Part shown: piece after piece, positions 55,960 through 64,000 of the stretch
Layout: each line of letters opens with the position of its first letter
How positions within the stretch are numbered: position 1 is the stretch's first letter
Virus record (IMG/VR): IMGVR_UViG_3300021197_001743
Span: 32,001 to 96,000 of that record
DNA from: a virus
DNA: 64,000 bases
Direction: 5' to 3' (one strand)
Made by a program: the position numbers and the translations under genes
Notes under the pieces: generated by a model
Told to the model about the DNA's origin: nothing
The model's input: only the letters and a program-made list of their open reading frames with translations
The model's database searches: none

Positions 55960-57105
55960 ATGTCTATTAGACCACAGTACACTGCGAAAGTCTCACATCA
56001 GTATAAACAAGAGACCCAACACCGTAAGGTTAGATATTCGGTTGAAGAAAACCTTTTAGCATACCCAGACATTCTAAATGTATTTTTGGAGTGGAGACTA
56101 AAGCAATCGGTGAGATCTATTGCCACATTCGAAAGCGTGATGCATGAAGACTATCAATTCCCTCTTTTCGATATAAGAACAGCGGAAATCAGAGAAGATT
56201 GGGGCCAAAGAAACCCTCTTCTGGAGTCCGGCAGGCAAGCAAAAATTCTTGGTATGGCTAAGACTTTCAACATTAAATTGATTGAACCCATCAGCGTTGA
56301 TTATATTGTAGACGAAGATGCTTTTATAATTAGAGATGGCGGTGGTAGAGCCCACGCAGCATTTATGAATGGTATTTATAAAATACCAGCGATTGTTAGA
56401 ATCATTTCCTCAGCAGAAGAAAGTCGTGAACTGTTTGTTACACAAGATAAAAATGCTGCATCAATTTCCGGTTATGATAAATTCCTCCAGTATCTTGCTG
56501 ATCCTACTAGCAATTATCACAACAAGTCTTGTGATACTTTTGCTATCTCGAGATCTTCCGGCATTTGCTTGCATCATAGCCAAAAATCTAAGAGCAATCC
56601 TTTAGTAGAAGGAATTGGAACACTACAGAGAATAATTAACAGCTGTGGTGGCGACCAGAAAGGTACGAAATGGGGGAAGAAATCTGCTCCTAATTTAGTT
56701 AAGTCTATTGATATACTTAAAAATTGTTTTCCTAACAATGATGAGTTTCCTGTGTCCGTCTTGTATGCTCTAACAGCTTTTGTTGAAGTTTCCAAACACA
56801 GAATTCCATCAGGTGAGAAAGGGTTAAATCGCTTGATCGATTTTGTTAATTTGGTTAAGGCTTCTTCTGCCGAACTTGAAGATATTAACAATTGGGTTCG
56901 AGTTCTGAAGTTTGACTCTTCTAATCATTATGATACTTATGGAGCATCCGCTCTGATGAAAAAATGGAATGAAGTATTCAAGAATGCTAATAAAGGACGA
57001 AAGCCTGCAGATTTTTATTCTTTTGTTAAGTGGGATGATTGGGAAATAGAGAGCGCTAGTAATAAGATTTTCTCGTTTGCTAGAGATCCTTCTCTTTATT
57101 CATAA
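55960..57105 (+). CDS. ParB/Srx-like N-terminal domain protein
   Basis: IRDGGGRAHAA (DG.xR motif) followed by PAIV...EESRELF. Confidence 0.5.
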   Translation: MSIRPQYTAKVSHQYKQETQHRKVRYSVEENLLAYPDILNVFLEWRLKQSVRSIATFESVMHEDYQFPLFDIRTAEIREDWGQRNPLLESGRQAKILGMAKTFNIKLIEPISVDYIVDEDAFIIRDGGGRAHAAFMNGIYKIPAIVRIISSAEESRELFVTQDKNAASISGYDKFLQYLADPTSNYHNKSCDTFAISRSSGICLHHSQKSKSNPLVEGIGTLQRIINSCGGDQKGTKWGKKSAPNLVKSIDILKNCFPNNDEFPVSVLYALTAFVEVSKHRIPSGEKGLNRLIDFVNLVKASSAELEDINNWVRVLKFDSSNHYDTYGASALMKKWNEVFKNANKGRKPADFYSFVKWDDWEIESASNKIFSFARDPSLYS

Positions 57106-57172
57106 AATTTAAATACCGCAGGGAGGCACGGGTTTACAGGTGCCTCACGTTATAGAACCGAGTGAGCAACAA

Positions 57173-58036
57173 ATGAAGAACATAGTTGAAATATATAGCA
57201 AGTTTTGCAGAGACAAAGGAATAAAGTATCAGTTGGACGATACTGTTTGTCCGTATGATAACACAACTCTCTTTTGCCCAGCAGGCATGCAACAGTTTAA
57301 AAAGAAGTTCAACTCGGAAGAAACGGGAACAGTCGCAAATGTTCAATCTTGTATTAGAATGAACGACTTGGAAGAAATTGGTGATGGTACTCATTATCTT
57401 TATTTTGATATGATTGGGCTGTTCTCGTTTCGCTCTATGTCCGTCCAGCAAGCAGTTGACTTCTGGATGGAATTCCTTGAAGATATTCTAGAGATAAAAG
57501 TCGACTACATAACAATACACCCAGACAAGCTCGAAGAGTGGAAAAGTCTTTATGATAACTACGATGTGGAGATCAGAGAAGATGAAGAGTGTAAATGGAC
57601 AGACGGACAGATCGGAGGATACTGCACTGAGTTCTATAAGGATGACGTGGAGATTGGAAACATTGTCAATCCATTGGGCAATTGTATCGATGTTGGCTTC
57701 GGCTTACAAAGACTAAATATGTTTGTGAATGGAAGAAACGAAGAGACCAAAGAAGAAATACTTGTTCTAACTTGTGAAAAGCTTTTATACTCTGGCTACT
57801 ATCCAAGCAACAAGGAACAAGGGTATGTGTTCAGGAAACTGTTGAGAGAGCTTTATAGAATTCAATCAACTTGGGATAACGAACACTATCAGAAAGAGAA
57901 AGAGCGCCAAGACAAAGTAATTAAGCGCTATAACAAAGACAAAAATAAGGCCAAATATCAGGGTAAATCAAAAGAGTGGTGGTTCGACACCATGGGAGTT
58001 GATATTGACTTTATCGAGAGTATAGAAAATAAATAA
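57173..58036 (+). CDS. truncated alanyl-tRNA synthetase (aminoacylation domain only)
   Basis: DNTTLFCPAGMQQFK, QSCIR..D, H..YFDMIGLFSF, EIGNIV, IDVGFGLQRL, GYVFRKLLR; about 287 aa. Confidence 0.85.
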   Translation: MKNIVEIYSKFCRDKGIKYQLDDTVCPYDNTTLFCPAGMQQFKKKFNSEETGTVANVQSCIRMNDLEEIGDGTHYLYFDMIGLFSFRSMSVQQAVDFWMEFLEDILEIKVDYITIHPDKLEEWKSLYDNYDVEIREDEECKWTDGQIGGYCTEFYKDDVEIGNIVNPLGNCIDVGFGLQRLNMFVNGRNEETKEEILVLTCEKLLYSGYYPSNKEQGYVFRKLLRELYRIQSTWDNEHYQKEKERQDKVIKRYNKDKNKAKYQGKSKEWWFDTMGVDIDFIESIENK

Positions 58037-58045
58037 GGAGCAAGT

Positions 58046-58120
58046 ATGCATAACTACTTTTACATAGACCCAGATGATGATTATGACGATGATGACTGGG
58101 ATTACGGCTACGATTTATAA
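58046..58120 (+). CDS. 24-aa acidic/aromatic micro-ORF
   Basis: MHNYFYIDPDDDYDDDDWDYGYDL*; TAAGGAG SD. Confidence 0.45.
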   Translation: MHNYFYIDPDDDYDDDDWDYGYDL

Positions 58121-58144
58121 ACAGTACTTAACAAGGAGGTGCCT

Positions 58145-59266
58145 TTGGGCAAAGTAATTAAAATGGCTACAAAACCGGGAAAAATAGACATCAGTGCAAT
58201 GAAAAAATTCGTCAACAAAAAAGTTGGCATGGACGTTGCTCATGATCTTCGGGAAGACAATCCCACCGAAGTAAAACAATGGATCCCTACGGGATCTAGA
58301 TGGCTTGACTCTATTACAGTTAGAGGAAAGTATGGCGGAATACCCGTCGGCAAGATTACTGAAATTGCAGGTTTGAGCTCTGCTGGTAAATCTTTTATGG
58401 CTGTGCAAATAGCCGCAAATGCTCAAAAAATGGGTCAAACAGTTGTCTATTTCGACGCTGAAAGTGCTATTGACCCTGTTTTCTTAACTAATTCTGGTGT
58501 GGATATTGATGATAACTTTCTTTATGTGCAAGCGGTATCAGTTGAGAAGACGTTAGAGACCATTGAGGACCTTTTGTCTGAATACTCAGAGACGCAATTC
58601 TTGTTTATTTGGGATAGTATTGCTGCTACCTCATCTGAGAAGGAAATAGAATCTGATTTCAATCCCCAATCCACAATGGCAGTTAAGCCTCGCATTTTCG
58701 CAAAGGCTTTTCCTAAACTAACAATCCCTCTCGCTAATCAACAGTGTACTCTTGTGTTGATTAACCAGTTGAAAACCAATATCACAAGCAACATTGCAGA
58801 GAAATTTACGACACCTTACGTCGCCCCCGGCGGAAAGGCAATAGAATATTTTTGTTCAATGCGTGTTTGGCTAACGAAACGTAAAGCAAAGGCAGCATAT
58901 GTTACTGATGATACTGGATTGAGGGTAGGCTCTGAGGTGAAGGTCAAGATTGAGAAATCTAGATTTGGAACTGAAGGTCGCACTTGTGGCTTCAAGATAC
59001 TTTGGGGAGACAAAGTTGGAATACAAGATGAAGAGTCTTGGTTAGAGGCCATAAGACTATCTGGCACCGATAGATATCGAGTTGGTGGTGGTTGGTACTA
59101 CCTCACTGACTCAAAAGGCAAGGAGCATAAGTTCCGAGCCTCTGAGTGGGTCTCAAAGCTCACTGATAAAAAGTTTCGTTCGTTAGTGTTCGAAATAATG
59201 GATGAAGAGATTATCAAAAAGTTTGATACTGAGGGTAAAAACTTCTCTATTGAAGATGATAAATAA
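58145..59266 (+). CDS. recA: RecA/UvsX-like recombinase
   Basis: IPTGS..LD, GGIPVGKITEIAGLSSAGKS Walker A, FDAESA, WDSIAA, INQL, PGGKA; start uncertain (TTG 58145 after AGGAGG). Confidence 0.92.
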   Translation: MGKVIKMATKPGKIDISAMKKFVNKKVGMDVAHDLREDNPTEVKQWIPTGSRWLDSITVRGKYGGIPVGKITEIAGLSSAGKSFMAVQIAANAQKMGQTVVYFDAESAIDPVFLTNSGVDIDDNFLYVQAVSVEKTLETIEDLLSEYSETQFLFIWDSIAATSSEKEIESDFNPQSTMAVKPRIFAKAFPKLTIPLANQQCTLVLINQLKTNITSNIAEKFTTPYVAPGGKAIEYFCSMRVWLTKRKAKAAYVTDDTGLRVGSEVKVKIEKSRFGTEGRTCGFKILWGDKVGIQDEESWLEAIRLSGTDRYRVGGGWYYLTDSKGKEHKFRASEWVSKLTDKKFRSLVFEIMDEEIIKKFDTEGKNFSIEDDK

Positions 59267-59296
59267 CTAATTATTTATAACATCGTTTTTCTCCTT

Positions 59297-59338
59297 ATGC
59301 CCCTTCCTGTTTTAATATGGGAAGGGGCATTTTTATTT
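59297..59338 (+). terminator. intrinsic terminator
   Basis: ATGCCCCTTCC...GGAAGGGGCAT followed by TTTTATTT. Confidence 0.85.
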
Positions 59339-59376
59339 AAAATTTCTAATTAGAAACAAACAATAGGACAACAAAA

Positions 59377-60153
59377 ATGCAATTAACACCCAAAGCTTTA
59401 CGTAAATTAATTCTAGAAGTCTTAAATGAAGGCTGGGCAATTACCAAATCTACCCGATTACCATCACAGGCATCAGGCGCTGGGTCTTTAAAAAAGCCAA
59501 CATATATGGACACTCCAGAGAAAGCCGGCAAAGCATATGAAGCCGTAAAGAAAGGGGTAAAACTAGAAGGTTGGGATCTCTATGCACAACTGGTAGCAGA
59601 AGCTTACAAAGCAGCCCCTAAAGAAAACCCTGAGGGACTTAAAGGATACGACATATTTAAGGATCATATTTTAAGTCTATACCCTAAAGTGTCTTCTACA
59701 TATGATGTTTCGTTTGTAGACAAGCAGCCATACGACACTGGCGAGGAAATGGGTCAAAAAGTTAAAGACACAGGCGACCTAGAAATCTCAACACAGTTTC
59801 TACAATCTGATGATGATGAAGAAAGGATGTTAAATCTTAAGAACCGTGCTGTTCATGATTATTTCGGCCATCTCAAAGCAAGGGGACACGAAAAGCAAGG
59901 GGTTAATGCTAATTTTACTCTCCTAGGAGAGATCAAGTCCTTTAATAACCAAGCTAAAATGATACCACCAGAGGGAGTTCCTTTTCTGTTCTCAATATTG
60001 GTAGGTCAAGCAGCACATTATAATTACTATGGGTATTTCCCAGAGTTTAAGGCCACTACGTTAGATGATTTTAATCCATTCCGCCTTGGCGAAGTAAAGG
60101 GTTATAAAATAACAAAAGATAATAATTTGGAAAAGACAAATGAGACTGACTGA
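59377..60153 (+). CDS. leader-bearing protein with RAVHDYFGH motif
   Basis: MQLTPKALRKLILEVLNEG; N..NRAVHDYFGH...F...GE; CTAATTA at 59346. Confidence 0.7.
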   Translation: MQLTPKALRKLILEVLNEGWAITKSTRLPSQASGAGSLKKPTYMDTPEKAGKAYEAVKKGVKLEGWDLYAQLVAEAYKAAPKENPEGLKGYDIFKDHILSLYPKVSSTYDVSFVDKQPYDTGEEMGQKVKDTGDLEISTQFLQSDDDEERMLNLKNRAVHDYFGHLKARGHEKQGVNANFTLLGEIKSFNNQAKMIPPEGVPFLFSILVGQAAHYNYYGYFPEFKATTLDDFNPFRLGEVKGYKITKDNNLEKTNETD

Positions 60154-60850
60154 AGATAAATTAAAAAAAATAATTTTAGAAATACTCGAGGAAGAACAGG
60201 ATGTTAAGGGGACCTACTTCACATCTTTAAATATGCTCGATGATGGTGCATTGGAAGAAGCAGAAGAATTAGAAGTAATGGTTTCAACTCCAACTGCTCC
60301 AAATGAGGAAGTAATACAGGCTTTTATGGATGGTATAGAAGAAAACCCAAGATCGGAATTCATAACCAAACTTTCTTATGATCAATTGAGAAGCAGGAAA
60401 CTAGTAATAACCCTAGATAAAATGACAGGAATGGCCACAGAACAAAATGGACATATGGGTACCGGCTGGAACAACAAGGAAGGTCATGGCGGCCGCTTAA
60501 TGAACTTGATGCACTATTCTCGAGACAATCTAGGCGGAAAAACAGGTGATCACTTAGACGGCAGACTTTCCAGTGTTTATCGAAATATGGGCCTAGATAA
60601 GGTTTATAAAATAATTGATTGGGATGATGCCTACGCTCCAAAAAACTGGAACTATAGGCCGATTGATATTTTCGATCCCAAATGGTCTGCGTATGCAGAT
60701 GGCTTCAGTAAAGCAAATTATCAACGTGGCAATTTGCCGAACAAAATAGTTTCAATAAATACAGAAGGCTTGACAGTAGATATCAACCCCTATGAGAAAG
60801 CCGTCCAGTATTCAAATGGGATGCCAGACATAATTTTTAGAAGATTTTAA
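60140..60850 (+). CDS. leader-bearing GNAT-like protein
   Basis: MRLTEDKLKKIILEILEE; GG...DHLDGRLSSVYRNMG...WDDAYAPKNW...GMPDIIF. Confidence 0.6.
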   Translation: MRLTEDKLKKIILEILEEEQDVKGTYFTSLNMLDDGALEEAEELEVMVSTPTAPNEEVIQAFMDGIEENPRSEFITKLSYDQLRSRKLVITLDKMTGMATEQNGHMGTGWNNKEGHGGRLMNLMHYSRDNLGGKTGDHLDGRLSSVYRNMGLDKVYKIIDWDDAYAPKNWNYRPIDIFDPKWSAYADGFSKANYQRGNLPNKIVSINTEGLTVDINPYEKAVQYSNGMPDIIFRRF

Positions 60851-60860
60851 TTAAAATTAT

Positions 60861-60889
60861 TTGACAAGTTGTTCATAGTACGTTATATT
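60861..60889 (+). promoter_or_regulatory. sigma70-type promoter
   Basis: TTGACA 60861-60866, 17 bp, TATATT 60884-60889. Confidence 0.75.
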
Positions 60890-60912
60890 ATAAGTATAAT
60901 ACAGAGGACAAG

Positions 60913-61068
60913 ATGAAAAAAATATTAATTAAACACAAGGATATCCAATTTGTGGGATATCTAATAGAAGACAAAGAGACAAAATTTATTGCTCTCAACG
61001 AAACAAAGGTGGTAACTTGGCATTATCCAAAAGCATCATATTCTTATAAAACACTGGAGGAAAAATGA
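60913..61068 (+). CDS. 51-aa hypothetical protein
   Basis: MKKILIKHKDIQFVGYLIED...LEEK*; GAGG SD; ATGA overlap with the next gene. Confidence 0.55.
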   Translation: MKKILIKHKDIQFVGYLIEDKETKFIALNETKVVTWHYPKASYSYKTLEEK

Positions 61069-62015
61069 AAAAAGTATTATTGATTGATGGACTCAACATG
61101 TTCATCCGAAGCTATATAGTGAACCCTACTTTAGATAGACATGGCAACCCAATCGGAGGTTGTATAGGATTTCTAAAATCACTTCAAAAGGTATGTAGGA
61201 AATTTGATCCTCAAGAAGTCATTGTGGCTTGGGATGGACACGAAGGCTCTCAGCGCAAGAGAGCACTCAACAAGGAATACAAAGAAGGTAGAAGTCCTAT
61301 ACGGTTCAACCGGAGACTGATTGAGCTAGACCCCGCAGAGCAAGTAAAAAACAAAGCCTATCAACTAATCAGATTGATGGAATATCTAAACGAATTACCA
61401 ATTATTCAAATCACAATTGATTTTGTTGAAGCTGATGATGTAATCGCTTACGGTGTACAACACCCTTATTACAAAGATTGGGGCAAGGTGATTGTATCAT
61501 CCGATAAAGACTTTTTTCAACTCTGTGATGATCGCACATCTATCTACCGACCTATCCAAGATAAGATTGTTACAAAACAAAGTATTCTTGATGAGTTTAA
61601 GATTCATCCCAATAATTTTGCCCTTGCTCGAGCAATTGCTGGGGACTCATCCGATAATCTTCCGGGTGTAGCTGGGATTGGACTTAAAACGGTTGCTAAA
61701 AGATTCCCATTTTTACTTAAAGAAGAAGAATCAAGTTGTGATAAAATCATTACAAATTGCAACATGCAAACAAAAAAGCTTAAATTACATCAAAACTTGT
61801 TAGAATCAGCTGATTTGATCAAAAACAATTACAGGATTATGCAATTGTATTCTCCTAACATAGGGGTGGTAAATAGGATATTTATTGACAACACAATACG
61901 AGATTTCGAAGCAGAATATTCGAAAATAAATTTCACTAAGATGTTGTTTTCGGATGATTGCTCATACATCAAATTTGATGAACTTACCAGAATAATGAAA
62001 AATATAAAAAGATAA
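61065..62015 (+). CDS. 5'-3' exonuclease / flap endonuclease (T4 RNase H / PolI N-terminal-like)
   Basis: LLIDG.N, YKEGR, EADDVIA, SSDKDFFQL, GDSSDNLPGV.GIG.KT. Confidence 0.92.
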   Translation: MKKVLLIDGLNMFIRSYIVNPTLDRHGNPIGGCIGFLKSLQKVCRKFDPQEVIVAWDGHEGSQRKRALNKEYKEGRSPIRFNRRLIELDPAEQVKNKAYQLIRLMEYLNELPIIQITIDFVEADDVIAYGVQHPYYKDWGKVIVSSDKDFFQLCDDRTSIYRPIQDKIVTKQSILDEFKIHPNNFALARAIAGDSSDNLPGVAGIGLKTVAKRFPFLLKEEESSCDKIITNCNMQTKKLKLHQNLLESADLIKNNYRIMQLYSPNIGVVNRIFIDNTIRDFEAEYSKINFTKMLFSDDCSYIKFDELTRIMKNIKR

Positions 62016-62023
62016 AATATGAC

Positions 62024-62052
62024 TTGACTTGTTGACACAAACAGGTTATATT
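62024..62052 (+). promoter_or_regulatory. sigma70-type promoter
   Basis: TTGACT 62024-62029, 17 bp, TATATT 62047-62052. Confidence 0.65.
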
Positions 62053-62074
62053 TATATAACACCATGGAGGACAC

Positions 62075-63433
62075 ATGACTATTAATAACGACCACGAAAC
62101 TTTTTTACGCTTTGGAAAAAAATTCCAAGAAAATATGTGCCAACTTATGTTGGAAGATAGACCATTCTTTGACCAAATATCGGAGGTATTAAGAGTTGAA
62201 TTTTTTGAACTCAAATACCTGCAGATTTTTGCAGATACATTAATAAAATACAGATCTAAATACAATACACACCCAAATCATGAAGTCATGATGGCAATAC
62301 TCAGGACTGAGTTGAACCACTGCGACGATGCTGCAGCAACACAAGTAAGAAATTACTTTGCAAGGATCATGAAATCAGAAGGTGTAGAAGAGTCAGAATA
62401 TGTTAAGGATAAATCTTTAGATTTCTGTCGCAAGCAGGTTCTTAAGGGAGCAATGATGAAATCAATAAAACTTATCAAGTCTTCATCATTCGATGAGATT
62501 GAAAAGGTGATTCAGGAAGCTTTAAAATTAGGAACAGATAACAACTTTGGGCACAATTATCACATAGACGCTCTTAAACGCTTTGAATTGATTAATCGTG
62601 CTCCAATTTCTACCGGTTGGGATCGAATGGACGAGATTGTTAAGGGTGGATTAGGTAAAAGTGAATTGGGCGTTGTTATCGCTCCAACAGGAGCCGGTAA
62701 ATCTATGGTCCTTGTACACCTTGCAGCGCAAGCCCTTAAACAAGGCAAGACCGTAGTATATTACACTTTGGAATTAAAAGATACTGTGGTTGGTGGAAGA
62801 TTTGACTCTTGTCTAAGTGGAATACCATTAAACGAACTCAGAGATCGCAAAGAAGAGGTTCTGGACCACATTGAGACGGTTGATGGTACACTTATTATTA
62901 AAGAGTATCCAACCAAATCAGCTTCTGTTCAAACAATAAAAAATCATATCGAGAAATTAAAGAAAAGAGGAATATATCCGGATATGGTGTTGTGTGATTA
63001 CGCTGACCTCCTTCGTCCTTCGCGAAGTTCAAGCGAGAAGCGACATGAATTAGAGGAGACATATGAAGGTCTCCGAGCATTAGCTCAAATATATGAAATA
63101 CCAGTGTGGACAGCTTCACAAACTAACAGAAGTGGACTGAATGCCGAGGTAATTACAATGGAAGCCATATCAGAGGCTTTTAACAAATGTTTCGTTGCGG
63201 ATTTCATCTTCTCGCTGTCCCGAACAGTTCAGGATAAAGCAGCTAATAAAGGAAGATTATTCGTAGCTAAAAATAGAAATGGCCCAGACGGTTTAGTGTT
63301 CCCTACTTTTGTCGATTGGTCTGATGTTACAATCAAAGTGTTAAATAGGGAAGATAATGATATCGAGATGCCTTCTGCAAAGGATGCTCTCGAAACTCTT
63401 AGAAGAAAATATAATGAATTGAATGCGAAATAA
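62075..63433 (+). CDS. replicative DNA helicase (DnaB/gp41-like)
   Basis: APTGAGKS Walker A, YTLEL, DYADLL, TASQTNR, KNRNG. Confidence 0.92.
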   Translation: MTINNDHETFLRFGKKFQENMCQLMLEDRPFFDQISEVLRVEFFELKYLQIFADTLIKYRSKYNTHPNHEVMMAILRTELNHCDDAAATQVRNYFARIMKSEGVEESEYVKDKSLDFCRKQVLKGAMMKSIKLIKSSSFDEIEKVIQEALKLGTDNNFGHNYHIDALKRFELINRAPISTGWDRMDEIVKGGLGKSELGVVIAPTGAGKSMVLVHLAAQALKQGKTVVYYTLELKDTVVGGRFDSCLSGIPLNELRDRKEEVLDHIETVDGTLIIKEYPTKSASVQTIKNHIEKLKKRGIYPDMVLCDYADLLRPSRSSSEKRHELEETYEGLRALAQIYEIPVWTASQTNRSGLNAEVITMEAISEAFNKCFVADFIFSLSRTVQDKAANKGRLFVAKNRNGPDGLVFPTFVDWSDVTIKVLNREDNDIEMPSAKDALETLRRKYNELNAK

Positions 63434-63443
63434 GGGAAATATT

Positions 63444-64000
63444 ATGAATTTAGAAAATAAAATTTTATCAGATGTAACAGTATACATGAAGTATGCTAGG
63501 TATTTAGAAGATCAAAATCGACGCGAGAACTGGGAAGAGTTGGTTTCTCGGAACATGGATATGCATATAAAAAAATTCCCATCTTTAGATAGGGAAATAA
63601 GAAGCGCGTATCAATATGTCTTCCAGAAGAAAGTTCTTCCTTCCATGAGAAGCATGCAGTTTGGAGGTAAACCAATTGAAGTATCTCCAAATAGAATTTT
63701 CAATTGTGCATATGCGCCTGTTGATAATTATCATGTGTTTTCTGAGATTATGTTTCTCCTCCTAGGAGGAACTGGTGTCGGATTTTCCGTCCAACACCAC
63801 CATGTAGACAAGCTACCAGAAATAAGAAAGCCTTCAGCAAGAAGTCGAAGATTTCTTATTGGAGACTCAATTGAGGGTTGGGCAGACTCTATTAAGGCTC
63901 TAGTGGCTTCGTATTTTAAAGGCACTTCTCGACTACGTTTTGACTTCTCGGATATCCGTCCGAAAGGATCCAGACTAGTTACCTCCGGAGGTAAAGCTCC
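63444..64000 (+). CDS. nrdJ: class II (B12-dependent) ribonucleotide reductase, N-terminal part (runs off the window)
   Basis: Hand translation: KYARY...RRENWEE...VLPSMRSMQFGG...NRIFNCAY...LLGGTGVGFSV...IGDSIEGWAD; absent from the ORF track because it has no stop. Confidence 0.85.
   Translation, partial: MNLENKILSDVTVYMKYARYLEDQNRRENWEELVSRNMDMHIKKFPSLDREIRSAYQYVFQKKVLPSMRSMQFGGKPIEVSPNRIFNCAYAPVDNYHVFSEIMFLLLGGTGVGFSVQHHHVDKLPEIRKPSARSRRFLIGDSIEGWADSIKALVASYFKGTSRLRFDFSDIRPKGSRLVTSGGKA

Noticed and set aside
16507-63433. Inteins, introns or homing endonucleases in terminase, RecA, helicase or MCP
   Set aside because: Protein lengths are ordinary, with no intein splice motifs or LAGLIDADG/HNH inserts evident
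1-64000. Stop-codon reassignment, common in some jumbo phages
   Set aside because: Core genes are full length in the standard code and tile densely; TAA, TAG and TGA all act as stops
1-64000. tRNA, rRNA or tmRNA genes
   Set aside because: Intergenic gaps are short and no cloverleaf with a proper T-loop and acceptor stem was seen; the GTTTCGAA at 28673 sits in a simple hairpin

Overview
A 64-kb, almost entirely + strand segment of a large T4-like (myovirus/jumbo-type) dsDNA phage read in the standard genetic code. It carries a nearly complete head and tail morphogenesis block: terminase, portal, prohead protease, scaffold, gp23-type major capsid, neck, sheath, two tail tubes, tail chaperone, tape measure and baseplate proteins. 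This block is flanked by replication and recombination genes: RuvC, primase, a fused SbcD-SbcC, a family-A polymerase domain, SSB, RecA, 5'-3' exonuclease, DnaB helicase and a class II RNR. Host-like genes include ribosomal protein bS21, a truncated alanyl-tRNA synthetase and a divergent tubulin/FtsZ. Two promoter classes partition the window. Near-consensus sigma70 promoters (TTGACA-N16/17-TATAWT) precede non-structural genes, and a CTAWTTA motif precedes virion genes. The most striking pattern is a family of about 12 otherwise unrelated ORFs that share an N-terminal leader, M(K/Q)(L/I)TxxxLKx(I/L)IxE(E/A), partly conserved at DNA level. Several sit in cassettes behind the late-type motif. 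They look like a modular capsid-targeting and cargo-injection system, with cargoes including GNAT-like and HDxxGH domains. Other points of note are a probable programmed frameshift in the tail chaperone, pervasive [ST]-[GAS]-[ST] motifs in virion proteins, unannotated micro-ORFs, and small RNA structures. All functional calls come from motif recognition by eye, with no database searches.
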